Positions 36,186-44,685 of a DNA stretch of 62,395 bases are shown piece by piece; the stretch's first letter is position 1; every line of letters begins with the position of its first letter. A program made the translations under genes and the position numbers. The DNA is from Candidatus Dormibacteria bacterium. GTDB lineage: Bacteria; Chloroflexota; Dormibacteria; Aeolococcales; Bog-877. The notes under the pieces are model-generated. The model did no database searches. It had not been told where the DNA came from and saw only the letters and a list, made by a program, of their open reading frames with translations. The stretch covers positions 1-62,395 of the forward strand of contig JBOHUH010000017.1 in NCBI GenBank assembly GCA_050733915.1, given 5' to 3'.

Positions 36186-37010
36186 ATGCTGCCCTCGATG
36201 GCACCCCCAGCCGAGGACCCCGAGGCCCAACTGGTGGTGGAGTCGCGCCCTGCCCCGGGGGTCGCCCGGCTGACCCTGAACCAACCCCAGCACCGCAACG
36301 CACTCACCGAGCAGTTGGCCTCGGCGCTGCGCCAGCACCTCGCGACTCTGGCGCAGGACGGCACCGTCCGCGCCCTGGTCGTAGCCGGCGCCGGTTCGGC
36401 ATTCTGCGCCGGGGCCGACCTGGGCCGCCTCGGAGCCGGGGCGAGCACGGCCAGCGCCAAGCGGGAGACGCTCAGCGACTACTACCGCGCCTTTCTCGAC
36501 CTGCGCGACCTGGGGATCCCCACCATCGCCGCGGTCCAGGGTCCAGCCATCGGTGCGGGCCTCAACCTGGCCCTCTGCTGCGACCTTCGGGTGGTCTCCG
36601 AGGATGCCCGCATGGCCGCCCCCTTCGTCAAGCTGGGAATCCACCCGGGCGGAGGCGCCACCTGGCTGCTGACCCACCTCGTCGGCCCTGGCCCGGCCCG
36701 GGAGATGTTGCTCCTCGGCGAGCCCCTGGACGCCCGCCGGGCGGTGCAGCTGGGTCTGGCCAACAAGGTGGTGCCCCGCGCCGAACTGGAGGAGTCGGCG
36801 GTCGGCTGGGCCGCTGCGCTGGCGGCGCTGCCCCGCGGGGTGCTGCAGAATCTGCGGCGCACCCTCTCTCTGGCAGAGTCGGGCGCGAGCTTCGATGAGG
36901 TGCTGGACTTCGAGACCGAGTCCCAGGCCGAGGCCCTGACTACCGAGGACGCCCGCGAGGGTTGGGCCGCCCTCCGCGAGCACCGCCCGCCCCGGTTCCG
37001 CGACCGCTAG
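36186..37010 (+). CDS. Enoyl-CoA hydratase/isomerase (crotonase) family protein
   Basis: LTLNQPQHRNAL, oxyanion-hole motif GAGSAFCAGADL, and AAVQGPAIGAGLNLALCCDLRV. ATG 36186 is preferred over the track start at 36117. Confidence 0.85.
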   Translation: MLPSMAPPAEDPEAQLVVESRPAPGVARLTLNQPQHRNALTEQLASALRQHLATLAQDGTVRALVVAGAGSAFCAGADLGRLGAGASTASAKRETLSDYYRAFLDLRDLGIPTIAAVQGPAIGAGLNLALCCDLRVVSEDARMAAPFVKLGIHPGGGATWLLTHLVGPGPAREMLLLGEPLDARRAVQLGLANKVVPRAELEESAVGWAAALAALPRGVLQNLRRTLSLAESGASFDEVLDFETESQAEALTTEDAREGWAALREHRPPRFRDR

Positions 37011-37713
37011 GGCGCCTGGCGGCGCGCTTGGCCGGGGGCCGGCGCAGCGTCGACGCCGGGCACCAAGTCTCCAGGATGCAGAGCTCACAGCGGGGACGCC
37101 GGGCCAGGCAAACCCGGCGTCCGTGGAGGATGAGTCGGAGGCTGAGTCCGGTCCACTCCTGGCGCGGCACCAACCGGCAGACGGCCGATTCGATCTTGAC
37201 CGGGTCCGAGGAGTGGACCAGGCCGAGGCGGTTGCTCAGCCTGGCGACGTGGGTGTCGACCGGGAACCCCGGAACGTCGAAGGCGACTCCCAACACCACG
37301 TTGGCGGTCTTGCGCCCCACGCCGGGCAGCCGGGTCAGTTCCTCCATGGTCCGAGGCACCACCCCATCGAACTCCTCGGAGAGCACCCGCCCCATCCCGG
37401 TCAGAGACCGCGACTTGGCCCGAAAGAAACCGGTGGCGTGGATCAGTCCCTCCAGCTCGGCCGTGTCGGCGGTGGCGTAGGCAGCGGCGGTGGGGTAGCG
37501 CTCGAAGAGCGCGGGGGTGACCAGGTTGACCCGCTGGTCGGTGGTCTGCGCCGAGAGGATGGTGGCCACCAAGAGCTGCAGCGGGTCGTCGTGTTCCAGG
37601 GCGCAAGCCGCCGGGTAGCTGGCCGCCAGCGCCGCGACTGTGGCCCGCGCCCGCTGGCGGGGCGAGCGGGGTGGTTTGGCCGGGTCACCAACGGTGCCCG
37701 CCCCCTTTATCAC
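36940..37713 (-). CDS. nth: Endonuclease III (HhH-GPD DNA glycosylase) with a basic C-terminal tail
   Basis: LLVATILSAQTTD, HhH LPGVGRKTANVVL, and the 4Fe-4S cluster C-x6-C-x2-C-x5-C (CLARRPRCELCILETWC). A 39-aa Arg/Gly/Pro tail overlaps the convergent crotonase gene. Confidence 0.9.
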   Translation of the reverse strand: MIKGAGTVGDPAKPPRSPRQRARATVAALAASYPAACALEHDDPLQLLVATILSAQTTDQRVNLVTPALFERYPTAAAYATADTAELEGLIHATGFFRAKSRSLTGMGRVLSEEFDGVVPRTMEELTRLPGVGRKTANVVLGVAFDVPGFPVDTHVARLSNRLGLVHSSDPVKIESAVCRLVPRQEWTGLSLRLILHGRRVCLARRPRCELCILETWCPASTLRRPPAKRAARRPSGRGTGAGGARGGRPNPRGRPR

Positions 37714-37751
37714 GACCGCCTCGGGATGTACGGGGCGGCTATCCTAAATCC

Positions 37752-38246
37752 ATGCTGGCGGCCCGATGGCACGGAAGCGGCGGCCGACTTGGTAGCCGCA
37801 CGGCCGGCGCCGTGGCTGCCAGCCTGGCGCTGGGCATCCTCCTCGCCGGCTGCAGCTTCTTCGGCGACAACGGCACCCCAAACGCGGCACACATCCAGAC
37901 CGCGCCCGGCAATCAAGTTCCCCAAGCGAACTCCAAGCTCAAGATCGAGGCCGTCGCCAAGCCCCCCAAGAACCCAGAGTACCGGGTGATCATCTACCAC
38001 AACGCCAACACCGTGGGCTCGTACGTACCCGATCAGATCACCGTCCCGGTCGGCAGTCTCGTGGAATGGATCTGGACGGACGAGTACGACCAGCACAACG
38101 TCTGGTGGATCGACCAGGACCTGATCAACTCCCCGACCAAGGGTGCCGGCTACCGCTGGGCGGTCCGCTTCATGGCCCCGGGCACCTACGACTACTACTG
38201 CACTCTCCACCCCGGCATGCAGGGCACGGTGGTTGTCAAGGGATAG
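37752..38246 (+). CDS. Type-1 copper (cupredoxin, amicyanin/plastocyanin-like) lipoprotein
   Basis: Signal peptide with lipobox LLAGC. Copper ligands are the His in DQHNVWW and the C-x2-H-x2-M in YYCTLHPGMQG. ATG 37752 is preferred over the track start at 37671. Confidence 0.8.
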   Translation: MLAARWHGSGGRLGSRTAGAVAASLALGILLAGCSFFGDNGTPNAAHIQTAPGNQVPQANSKLKIEAVAKPPKNPEYRVIIYHNANTVGSYVPDQITVPVGSLVEWIWTDEYDQHNVWWIDQDLINSPTKGAGYRWAVRFMAPGTYDYYCTLHPGMQGTVVVKG

Positions 38247-38667
38247 CTGGCGCCGTCCCGGGGGCCGGCTGGCCCTAATTCCCCTGGTCGCCCTGCTGGC
38301 GCTGGCGCTCGCGTCCTGCCGAGGACCGGCGCCCGCGGCGGGGGCGGCGTTGCACCAGTGGCTCGCCGACGTTCAGGCCCACCAGGTGGCCTATGCCTAC
38401 ACCCTGCTCACCCAGGAGGCTGAGCAGCGCACCGACTACAACGCCTTCTTCGCCGGGGTCAACGCCAGCCGGGCGACCTTCAAGATCGCCTCGCTCAAAG
38501 TGATCTCCGCCAACGAGGTCGAGGGCACGGTCGCGGTTCACTCCGCAGGCGCCGGCCGCCCCACCAAGGTCGTGGTCCAGGTCTTGGAGGAGGGGAACGG
38601 TGGTGACTGGCTGATCGGAACTCCCTTCTCCACTAAGGGCGCCGACGCCATCCACGCCTTCCAGTAG
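38233..38667 (+). CDS. Putative lipoprotein (small NTF2/DUF4878-like fold?)
   Basis: Proposed in-frame TTG at 38233 gives MSRDSWRRPGGRLALIPLVALLALALASC, with lipobox LASC. There is no ATG/GTG after the cupredoxin stop that would preserve the signal peptide. The gene overlaps the cupredoxin 3' end by 14 nt. The start is uncertain. Confidence 0.55.
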   Translation: MSRDSWRRPGGRLALIPLVALLALALASCRGPAPAAGAALHQWLADVQAHQVAYAYTLLTQEAEQRTDYNAFFAGVNASRATFKIASLKVISANEVEGTVAVHSAGAGRPTKVVVQVLEEGNGGDWLIGTPFSTKGADAIHAFQ

Positions 38668-38835
38668 GCGATAGCGTCCAGGGCGCCGGTGGACCGAACA
38701 GCATCGCGCCGGCTCCGGTCCCCCTCGGCGTCCCCGCCGACTGCACGCGTCCTCCCCGAAGGCATGAGAGCGAGCGCCAGCTCCCACGCCCGCAGGTACC
38801 CGCACCTTCACTTTTCTATGATGGCTGGAGGTGGC

Positions 38836-38845
38836 ACTTGACGGT
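38836..38845 (+). repeat. ACTTGACGGT, copy 1 of a 10-nt direct repeat in the long gap upstream of the ClC gene
   Basis: An exact 10-mer also occurs at 38996-39005, 160 nt downstream. It contains a TTGAC -35-like core. Confidence 0.3.
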
Positions 38846-38995
38846 CCAAGGGCTCACCGCGGCGGTCGGCTCGGACGAGTTGAGTCGGGCTAGCCGCCTG
38901 GACGCCCGGGTGCCCAGGTCAGGCAGGGTGGTGACCGCGCCCGCAACCGGCGCCGGGTGCGGCCCCCTCACCCGCCTCGTCGCGAGAGTGGCCGA

Positions 38996-39005
38996 ACTTG
39001 ACGGT
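38996..39005 (+). repeat. ACTTGACGGT, copy 2
   Basis: An exact repeat of 38836-38845, about 110 nt upstream of the ClC start. Confidence 0.3.
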
Positions 39006-39115
39006 TGAGGAGGATCAAAGTCAGCGGGAGCAACATTGCAGCGGGTCGCAGGCCTGAACTATGAGCCACCTGGCTCGACCCAGGGCTCCGGCGTTGCCAC
39101 CACGCGGTCCGGCCC

Positions 39116-41128
39116 GTGACTGACGCCGGTTCGGTGGCGGCGCCCGGCGGCGTCGGTCCGGGAGGACGAAGCGCCTTCAGTGGGCTGCTCCTCACCCCGC
39201 TGCGCACGAGTCGGGGCGGGCTCTTCCTGACGGCCCTGGCGGTGGGGGTTGGCGCCGGCGCCGGCGCGGTCGTCTTCCGCTATCTGATATTCCTCTTCAC
39301 CTTCCTCGTCACCGGGCATCCCAACTACGGGCAGGCTGGTCGCGTCAGCAGCCCCCACCTTCCCGGTCTGGGCTTCTGGTTCATCCTTCTGGCCCCTGCG
39401 GTCGGGGGGCTGATCTACGGCCCGCTGATCCACTTCTTCGCCCGTGAGAGCCGAGGCCACGGGGTGCCTGAGGTCATGGTCGCGGTCGCTGAGAGTGGAG
39501 GTCGAATCCGACCTCAGGTGGCGGCCATCAAGGCACTGGCGTCGGCGCTCTGCATCGGGACCGGCGGCTCAGTGGGCCGCGAGGGGCCGATCGTCCAGAT
39601 CGGGTCATCGCTGGCCTCCACCTTCGGGCAGTGGATCCGCATGCCCGAGTCGCGCCTGAGGCTGCTGGTGGCATGCGGCGCCGCGGGCGGGATAAGCGCC
39701 ACCTTCAACGCTCCGCTTGCCGGAGCGTTCTTCGGGCTCGAGTTGATCCTCCGCGAGGTCTCAGCCGAGACCGTGGTCGCCCTGGTTCTGTCCTCGATGG
39801 CGGCCGACGCGGTGGGTCAGCTCGCCTTCGGCACCCACCCCTTCTTTCACCTCCCCCAGTTGACCATCGGGGGCGGCTGGGCCCTCCCACTCTGTGCTTG
39901 CCTGGGGCTGCTGGCGGGACTGGCGGGGGTCGGTTTCCAAAAGACCCTGTACCTGCTCGAGGACGGCTGGAACCACTTTTGGGGGGGGCGGCCCGAGTGG
40001 GCCCGCCCAGCCGTGGGAGGGCTGCTGCTGGGGGCGGTACTGCTGGCCCTGCCGCAGCTATACGGGGTCGGCTACCCGGTGCTCCAGCATGCCATCACCT
40101 CGGGCTACGTGCTGTGGTTTCTGGTCGCGCTGGGGGCGGGCAAGATCCTCGCCTGCAGCATCACCATCGCGATGGGGGGCTCCGGCGGCATCTTCGCCCC
40201 CTCCCTCTTCATCGGCACAATGCTGGGAATCAGCTTCGGCCTCATCGCCCACATGTGGTTCGGAGCGGGCATCGGCGCGGCCGGGGCCTTCGGGATGGTG
40301 GGCATGGGAGCCGTCTTCGCCGGGGCCGCCCGCGCGCCTCTCACCGCGATCGCGGCCACCCTGGAGATGACCGGGGACACCCGGCTGGTGCTGCCCGCGA
40401 TGCTGGCTGTGGGGGTGGCCACCGCGGTCAGCCTCAGGCTCACCCACGGGACCATCTACACCACCAAGCTGCTCCGCCGCGGCACCGACATCGACCGCAC
40501 CCGCCCGTCCACGTTGATGCAGCAGCTGCGGGTTGACGAGGTGATGCGAAGGCTCCCTGGCATCCAGGCGACCGCGCCCACCGCCGCCTCGGGCGCCGCT
40601 GAGACCGCCCCCCAGACTGGAGTTGGATCCCCTCCCCAAGCCGTCTTTTCCCAGGAGACGCTGGAGCAGGCCGTCCGCCAGCTGGCCATCTACGGCCACA
40701 CCGGCCTCCCGGTCATCTCGCCGGATGGGGAGCGGGTTGAGGGCTGGCTCAACAACCGCGATGTGATGGCCGCGTTTGCGGCCCGTCTGGGCAGGACGGT
40801 GAGTGATAGCGGCGCCGCCGCCCGCTCTGCGGCCTGGGCCGCGGACAATCCCCACAGTGAGGCGACCGAGGTGCGCAACCCGCTGGTGGGCTACCGGCTG
40901 GTGGACCTGCAGCTCCCGCGCCACTGGAGCGGCCTCACAGTGAGCGAGATCGCGTGGCCCCCTTCGACCCTGGTGGTCACGGTACGTCGAGGCCGCCAGC
41001 TGCTCACGCCCACCGGCGCCACCGAGCTGCGACAGGCGGACCTGCTGACCTTCCTGGTCCCCGCCAGCTCGATCGACCACCTGCGCTCAGCCAAGCCCAA
41101 GCGCCGACACCCGGCTGGCCCGCCCTAG
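39116..41128 (+). CDS. ClC-family chloride channel/antiporter with C-terminal CBS and TrkA-C (RCK_C)-like domains
   Basis: Selectivity motifs GSVGREGP and GGSGGIFAPSL, a CBS-like segment (VDEVM...GLPVISPDGERVEGWLNNRDV), and a TrkA-C-like end (LVGYRLVDLQLP...LTVSEI...VVTVRRG...ADLLTFLV). Confidence 0.9.
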   Translation: MTDAGSVAAPGGVGPGGRSAFSGLLLTPLRTSRGGLFLTALAVGVGAGAGAVVFRYLIFLFTFLVTGHPNYGQAGRVSSPHLPGLGFWFILLAPAVGGLIYGPLIHFFARESRGHGVPEVMVAVAESGGRIRPQVAAIKALASALCIGTGGSVGREGPIVQIGSSLASTFGQWIRMPESRLRLLVACGAAGGISATFNAPLAGAFFGLELILREVSAETVVALVLSSMAADAVGQLAFGTHPFFHLPQLTIGGGWALPLCACLGLLAGLAGVGFQKTLYLLEDGWNHFWGGRPEWARPAVGGLLLGAVLLALPQLYGVGYPVLQHAITSGYVLWFLVALGAGKILACSITIAMGGSGGIFAPSLFIGTMLGISFGLIAHMWFGAGIGAAGAFGMVGMGAVFAGAARAPLTAIAATLEMTGDTRLVLPAMLAVGVATAVSLRLTHGTIYTTKLLRRGTDIDRTRPSTLMQQLRVDEVMRRLPGIQATAPTAASGAAETAPQTGVGSPPQAVFSQETLEQAVRQLAIYGHTGLPVISPDGERVEGWLNNRDVMAAFAARLGRTVSDSGAAARSAAWAADNPHSEATEVRNPLVGYRLVDLQLPRHWSGLTVSEIAWPPSTLVVTVRRGRQLLTPTGATELRQADLLTFLVPASSIDHLRSAKPKRRHPAGPP

Positions 41129-41550
41129 TCGGTGGGCAGCGGCGCCGTCCTGCCGGTGCGGCGGGCGCGCGCCGCCCGAGGCGGCAGGTCGCTGCCCTTC
41201 TCCAGCCACGCCAGCAGGTGGTCCGAGATGCCCTGGCTGCGAAGCATCTCCCAGCCCTCCTCCAGCGAAACGTCGGCGGTCACCACCACCTCGTCCCCGA
41301 CCAGCTTGACCTGCCACTCCAGCGCCTCCAGGCGGCGCAGGATGTCGGAGATCAGGATGAGCCTCGACTTGAGCTCATGGCTGACCGCCGCCAGCCGCAC
41401 CGAGACGGGCAGCTGATCCAGGGTGGGCCGAGTGGGGAAGGCGAAGCTGCGCACCTCAAAGTAGGTCACCAAGGAGATCGGCACCGGCTCCTCGGTGACC
41501 TCGGCGTACTCTGAGGCTGGATCCCGCAGCGGCCGCAGCACTAGCTTCAC
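41125..41550 (-). CDS. Hypothetical soluble 141-aa protein, last gene of the Rieske/cytochrome b/CydA-like operon
   Basis: The GTG start (41550-41548) overlaps the TGA of the upstream gene (41549-41547). No TM segment and no motif I recognise. Its stop shares the CTAG tetranucleotide with the convergent ClC stop. Confidence 0.6.
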   Translation of the reverse strand: MKLVLRPLRDPASEYAEVTEEPVPISLVTYFEVRSFAFPTRPTLDQLPVSVRLAAVSHELKSRLILISDILRRLEALEWQVKLVGDEVVVTADVSLEEGWEMLRSQGISDHLLAWLEKGSDLPPRAARARRTGRTAPLPTD

Positions 41551-42941
41551 GGTCCGCTCTCCCAGGGCACGATCACCCCGACGCCGCTGGTCCCACTCAT
41601 CGCCGGCCCGTTGCCGCTCGGCGCCTTGAAGTTCTGCTGCTGGTTGATCAGGACCTGGTTGGTGATGAGGTAGGGCGCCCGGCTGTGCTCGCGGATGTAG
41701 CCCATCACGGCCATGATCAGGCTGACCGAGACGGCTACTGTGATCAGCGCCGCCGCCTGCCCCCGACCCCCATCGCCCCAGCGCACCCGGCCCCGGCTGA
41801 CGTGCTTGAGGTAGACGGTCACCGCCACGATCGCCACCCCGGTGAAGGTGATCAGGGCGACCAGCTTGAAGGGGATCATCTGCCCCCAGGGGATGATCAG
41901 GCCTCCCTGCCAGATGGGCACGTTGGCATTGGCGGCGACCACGTCCTCATAGCTCCAGGACAGCGACGAGGGGGTGGCGATAAGCAGCCAAGAAGCGAAG
42001 GAAAGGGCGGTGCAGACCGCCAGCGCCGGCGATCGCAGACCGCTGGCCTTGACCCGTCGCCAGAGATAGAAGATGCCCACCGTGAAGATGGCGCCCAGCA
42101 GGAATACCTGGAACAGGAATGCCACGCTGAGGCCGCCCATCATCATGCTGTACCAGGCGGCGTACGAGTGGAGCTGGATCTCCTTGGCGTACTCCCAGCC
42201 CACCAGTGGCTGGGCGATGGTGAATCCCACCGCCCAGACCAGGCCGTAGTGGCCCATCCAGTCGGCGAATGCCCGGGCCTCCGCCCGCTTGGCGAAGAGC
42301 AGCCGGATCCCCCCGACCAGCGCAATCATGGCCCCGGCCAGGGCGATGTTGCCCACGAAGCGATGGATCTCGAGGGGGATCAGGGTGGGGTTGAGGATGT
42401 TGAGGGCGAGGCTGGTTGAGGGCCTCGGGGTGAGCATGTAGGAGGCCACGATGTTGATCATCAGCATCTGGATCGAGGCATTGATGAAGAGCAGGAGCTC
42501 CAGGCCCACCCGGAGTGCGCGCACCTTGGCCATCCGGTCCCAGCCCCAGTAGAGCAGGTAGAGGCAGATGATCTCGCCGATGAAGGCGAAGGCCTCGATC
42601 ACAAAGGGCCAGAACAGGATCCGCTCCAGCTCCACGAAGAACTTGCTCCAGAGGCCGACGAAGAGGATCATCACCGCGAAGATCGCCAGCGCCGACCCAA
42701 AGGTGAAGGTGAGTCCGAGAGCGGTGAGCAGCTTCTTGGAGAAGCGGTCCTGCATCTCGTCTTTGCGCTTCCAGCCTACGAAGTCGCTCACCGTGAGGAT
42801 GATGTAGCCGCCCTGCTGGAAGGCCGCGAACTGGATGTGTACCAGCATCAGCAGGGCCACGAACGCGGTGGCCATGCCGGTGGAGACCGGCACCGGCACC
42901 ACCTGCGGGCCGGCTGCCGCGATCAGGCTGCCGAAGCTCAC
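41547..42941 (-). CDS. CydA-like membrane protein (cytochrome bd superfamily, no Q-loop), copy 2
   Basis: 464 aa, polytopic. The blocks LVHIQF (His35), VIEAFAFIGEI (Glu116, Glu123), LYWGWDRM, EIHRFVGN (His193) and GYIREHSRAP (Glu417) align with my memory of E. coli CydA HFLF, AIEGLMAFFLES, FFFGWDRL, VHTVASGY and AEYGRQPW. The GTG start overlaps the cytochrome b TGA. Confidence 0.8.
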   Translation of the reverse strand: MSFGSLIAAAGPQVVPVPVSTGMATAFVALLMLVHIQFAAFQQGGYIILTVSDFVGWKRKDEMQDRFSKKLLTALGLTFTFGSALAIFAVMILFVGLWSKFFVELERILFWPFVIEAFAFIGEIICLYLLYWGWDRMAKVRALRVGLELLLFINASIQMLMINIVASYMLTPRPSTSLALNILNPTLIPLEIHRFVGNIALAGAMIALVGGIRLLFAKRAEARAFADWMGHYGLVWAVGFTIAQPLVGWEYAKEIQLHSYAAWYSMMMGGLSVAFLFQVFLLGAIFTVGIFYLWRRVKASGLRSPALAVCTALSFASWLLIATPSSLSWSYEDVVAANANVPIWQGGLIIPWGQMIPFKLVALITFTGVAIVAVTVYLKHVSRGRVRWGDGGRGQAAALITVAVSVSLIMAVMGYIREHSRAPYLITNQVLINQQQNFKAPSGNGPAMSGTSGVGVIVPWESGP

Positions 42942-44158
42942 AGGTTGAAGAGCCGGTTCACAGCAAGCAGGGCCTCGAAGATCAGGAAGAGGACGGTGAA
43001 CAGCGCCGGCACCATGACCTCAGGCCGGCGCCAAGGCTCGCGGTCCGGCGTACGGTCCAGAAACGGTACCAGGATGAGGATGGTGGTCCCGATCCCCGGC
43101 AACACGAAGACCCCGACCGGGACCATCCAAGCCTGGGGGAACTGCACCAGCAACTGGTCCAGGGGCAGGAAGAACCATTCCGGGGTGGGCACGTAGGTGA
43201 GCACGGCGGGGTTGGCCGGCCGCTCCAGGGGCGCTCCCAGAACAACCGCCATCGCGAAGATCAGCACCACCAGACCGAAGCTGAGCACCGCGTCCTTGAA
43301 GACCTGGGAGGGGAAGAAGTCGTCGAGGTCCACCGGCACCGCATACCCGGGGTCGCTGGGAATCGCCGGATAGGGATATTCCGCCTTGGCCATCCGCTCG
43401 GCCCGATGCTCCTCGCTCTCCGTCTCCACCCCCTCGTAGTTGACCCAGGCGCCGTGCTCGCCGTGGCGGCGGAGCAGGATCAGATGGAGCCCGACCAGTG
43501 GCACCAGCAGGGCTGGCAGCAGCCAGATGTGGATGGCGAAGAAGCGGGTCAGCGTCTCTGGGCCCATCTGAGGGCCGCCGCGCAGGATGGTCTGGACCCA
43601 GCCCCCGAAGAAAGGTATGTAGTCGACCACGTGGGTGACCACGGTGGCCGTCCAGTAGGCGGCCTGGTCCCAGGGCAGCATGGCTCCGGTGATCCCGAGG
43701 CCCAGCACCAGCAGGAACAGGATCACCCCCACGATCCAGTTCAGCTCACGGGGCTTCTTGTAGGAGGCGCTGACGAAGGTGCGGACCATGTGCAGGCCGA
43801 TGATGATCAGCAGCACGTAGGCCCCCCAGAGGTGCATCCCGCGCACGATCGCGGCGAACTCGTCGTGGTGCTCGATGTAGTTGAGGCTCTCCCAGGCCTC
43901 GGTGGTCGAGGGCACGTAGGTCCAGAGCAGGAACATCCCGCTGACGATCTGTAGGACGATCAGGATCAGGGTGGCGCTGCCCAGGGAGTAGGCCCAGGCG
44001 CCGCGCCGCGGAACCGCCTCGTACAGCAGCTGGTGGGTGAGGTCGGAGACCCCGAGGCGCTCGTCCACCCAGCGGTAGGTGGCCGCCAGCGGCCGCGCCA
44101 CCGGGCGGGTGAACTTGGCGACCAGATCGCTGCGGGTGAGCTGGCTGGGGCTGGCCAC
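42938..44158 (-). CDS. Cytochrome b (fused b6-like N-domain + subunit IV-like C-domain)
   Basis: Haem-ligand His pairs on helix B (RGMHLWG...IGLHMVR, 14 residues apart) and on helix D (AIHIWLL...VGLHLIL, 15 residues apart, b6-like). PEWY-type motif PEWFFLP in the C-terminal part. Confidence 0.9.
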   Translation of the reverse strand: MASPSQLTRSDLVAKFTRPVARPLAATYRWVDERLGVSDLTHQLLYEAVPRRGAWAYSLGSATLILIVLQIVSGMFLLWTYVPSTTEAWESLNYIEHHDEFAAIVRGMHLWGAYVLLIIIGLHMVRTFVSASYKKPRELNWIVGVILFLLVLGLGITGAMLPWDQAAYWTATVVTHVVDYIPFFGGWVQTILRGGPQMGPETLTRFFAIHIWLLPALLVPLVGLHLILLRRHGEHGAWVNYEGVETESEEHRAERMAKAEYPYPAIPSDPGYAVPVDLDDFFPSQVFKDAVLSFGLVVLIFAMAVVLGAPLERPANPAVLTYVPTPEWFFLPLDQLLVQFPQAWMVPVGVFVLPGIGTTILILVPFLDRTPDREPWRRPEVMVPALFTVLFLIFEALLAVNRLFNL

Positions 44159-44163
44159 CTAGG

Positions 44164-44685
44164 TCAGCTCCCCTCACCGGTTAGCACGTTGCGCACGTAG
44201 AGGGTGCTGCCCACCAGCTTGTGCTCATAGCGGAACAGCGGCCAGGGGGGAGGGCCGCCGATGTTGGTGCCGTTGATGCTGTAGAGCCCCCCGTGGCAGG
44301 GACAGAGGAACTGCTTAAGGTTGACGTCCCAGTGCACGTCGCACTGCATGTGGGTGCACACGTTGGAGAGGGTGATCAGCTCCACCGCACCGGTCAGGTT
44401 GAGCTTGACCACGTAGACCGTGCGGGGCACCGGGGGAACCTGCCAGCCCTCATCGATGGGCAGGTTGACCACGTAGGCGGTGGGCACCCCGACCGCCACC
44501 GATGCGATGTCGGCCACCATTACCCAGGCGGTCTTGCGCTTGACGAAGAGCGGGCTCAGCACCGAGCCCACGATCGGCGCGCCGATCAGCAGGGCGGTAC
44601 CCGCCCCCACCCCGTTGATGGTGAGGATCATGAAGCGGCGGCGGGAGACCCGCCGGCCGGGAAGTTCCTGCTGGTGGTCAGCCAC
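44164..44685 (-). CDS. Rieske [2Fe-2S] protein with twin-arginine signal
   Basis: Tat motif SRRRFMI, cluster boxes CTHMQC and CPCHGG. The GTG start overlaps the preceding small ORF by 8 nt. Confidence 0.9.
   Translation of the reverse strand: MADHQQELPGRRVSRRRFMILTINGVGAGTALLIGAPIVGSVLSPLFVKRKTAWVMVADIASVAVGVPTAYVVNLPIDEGWQVPPVPRTVYVVKLNLTGAVELITLSNVCTHMQCDVHWDVNLKQFLCPCHGGLYSINGTNIGGPPPWPLFRYEHKLVGSTLYVRNVLTGEGS

Noticed and set aside
38668-39115. Fluoride (crcB-motif) riboswitch upstream of the ClC gene.
   Set aside because: The channel has the canonical chloride-type motifs GREGP and GxFxP rather than the ClC-F type. I could not find the conserved crcB-motif core (the ...GAUGG...CUGAUG...CCUCUAC-like segments I remember) in the leader. 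Only an Rfam scan could fully exclude it.
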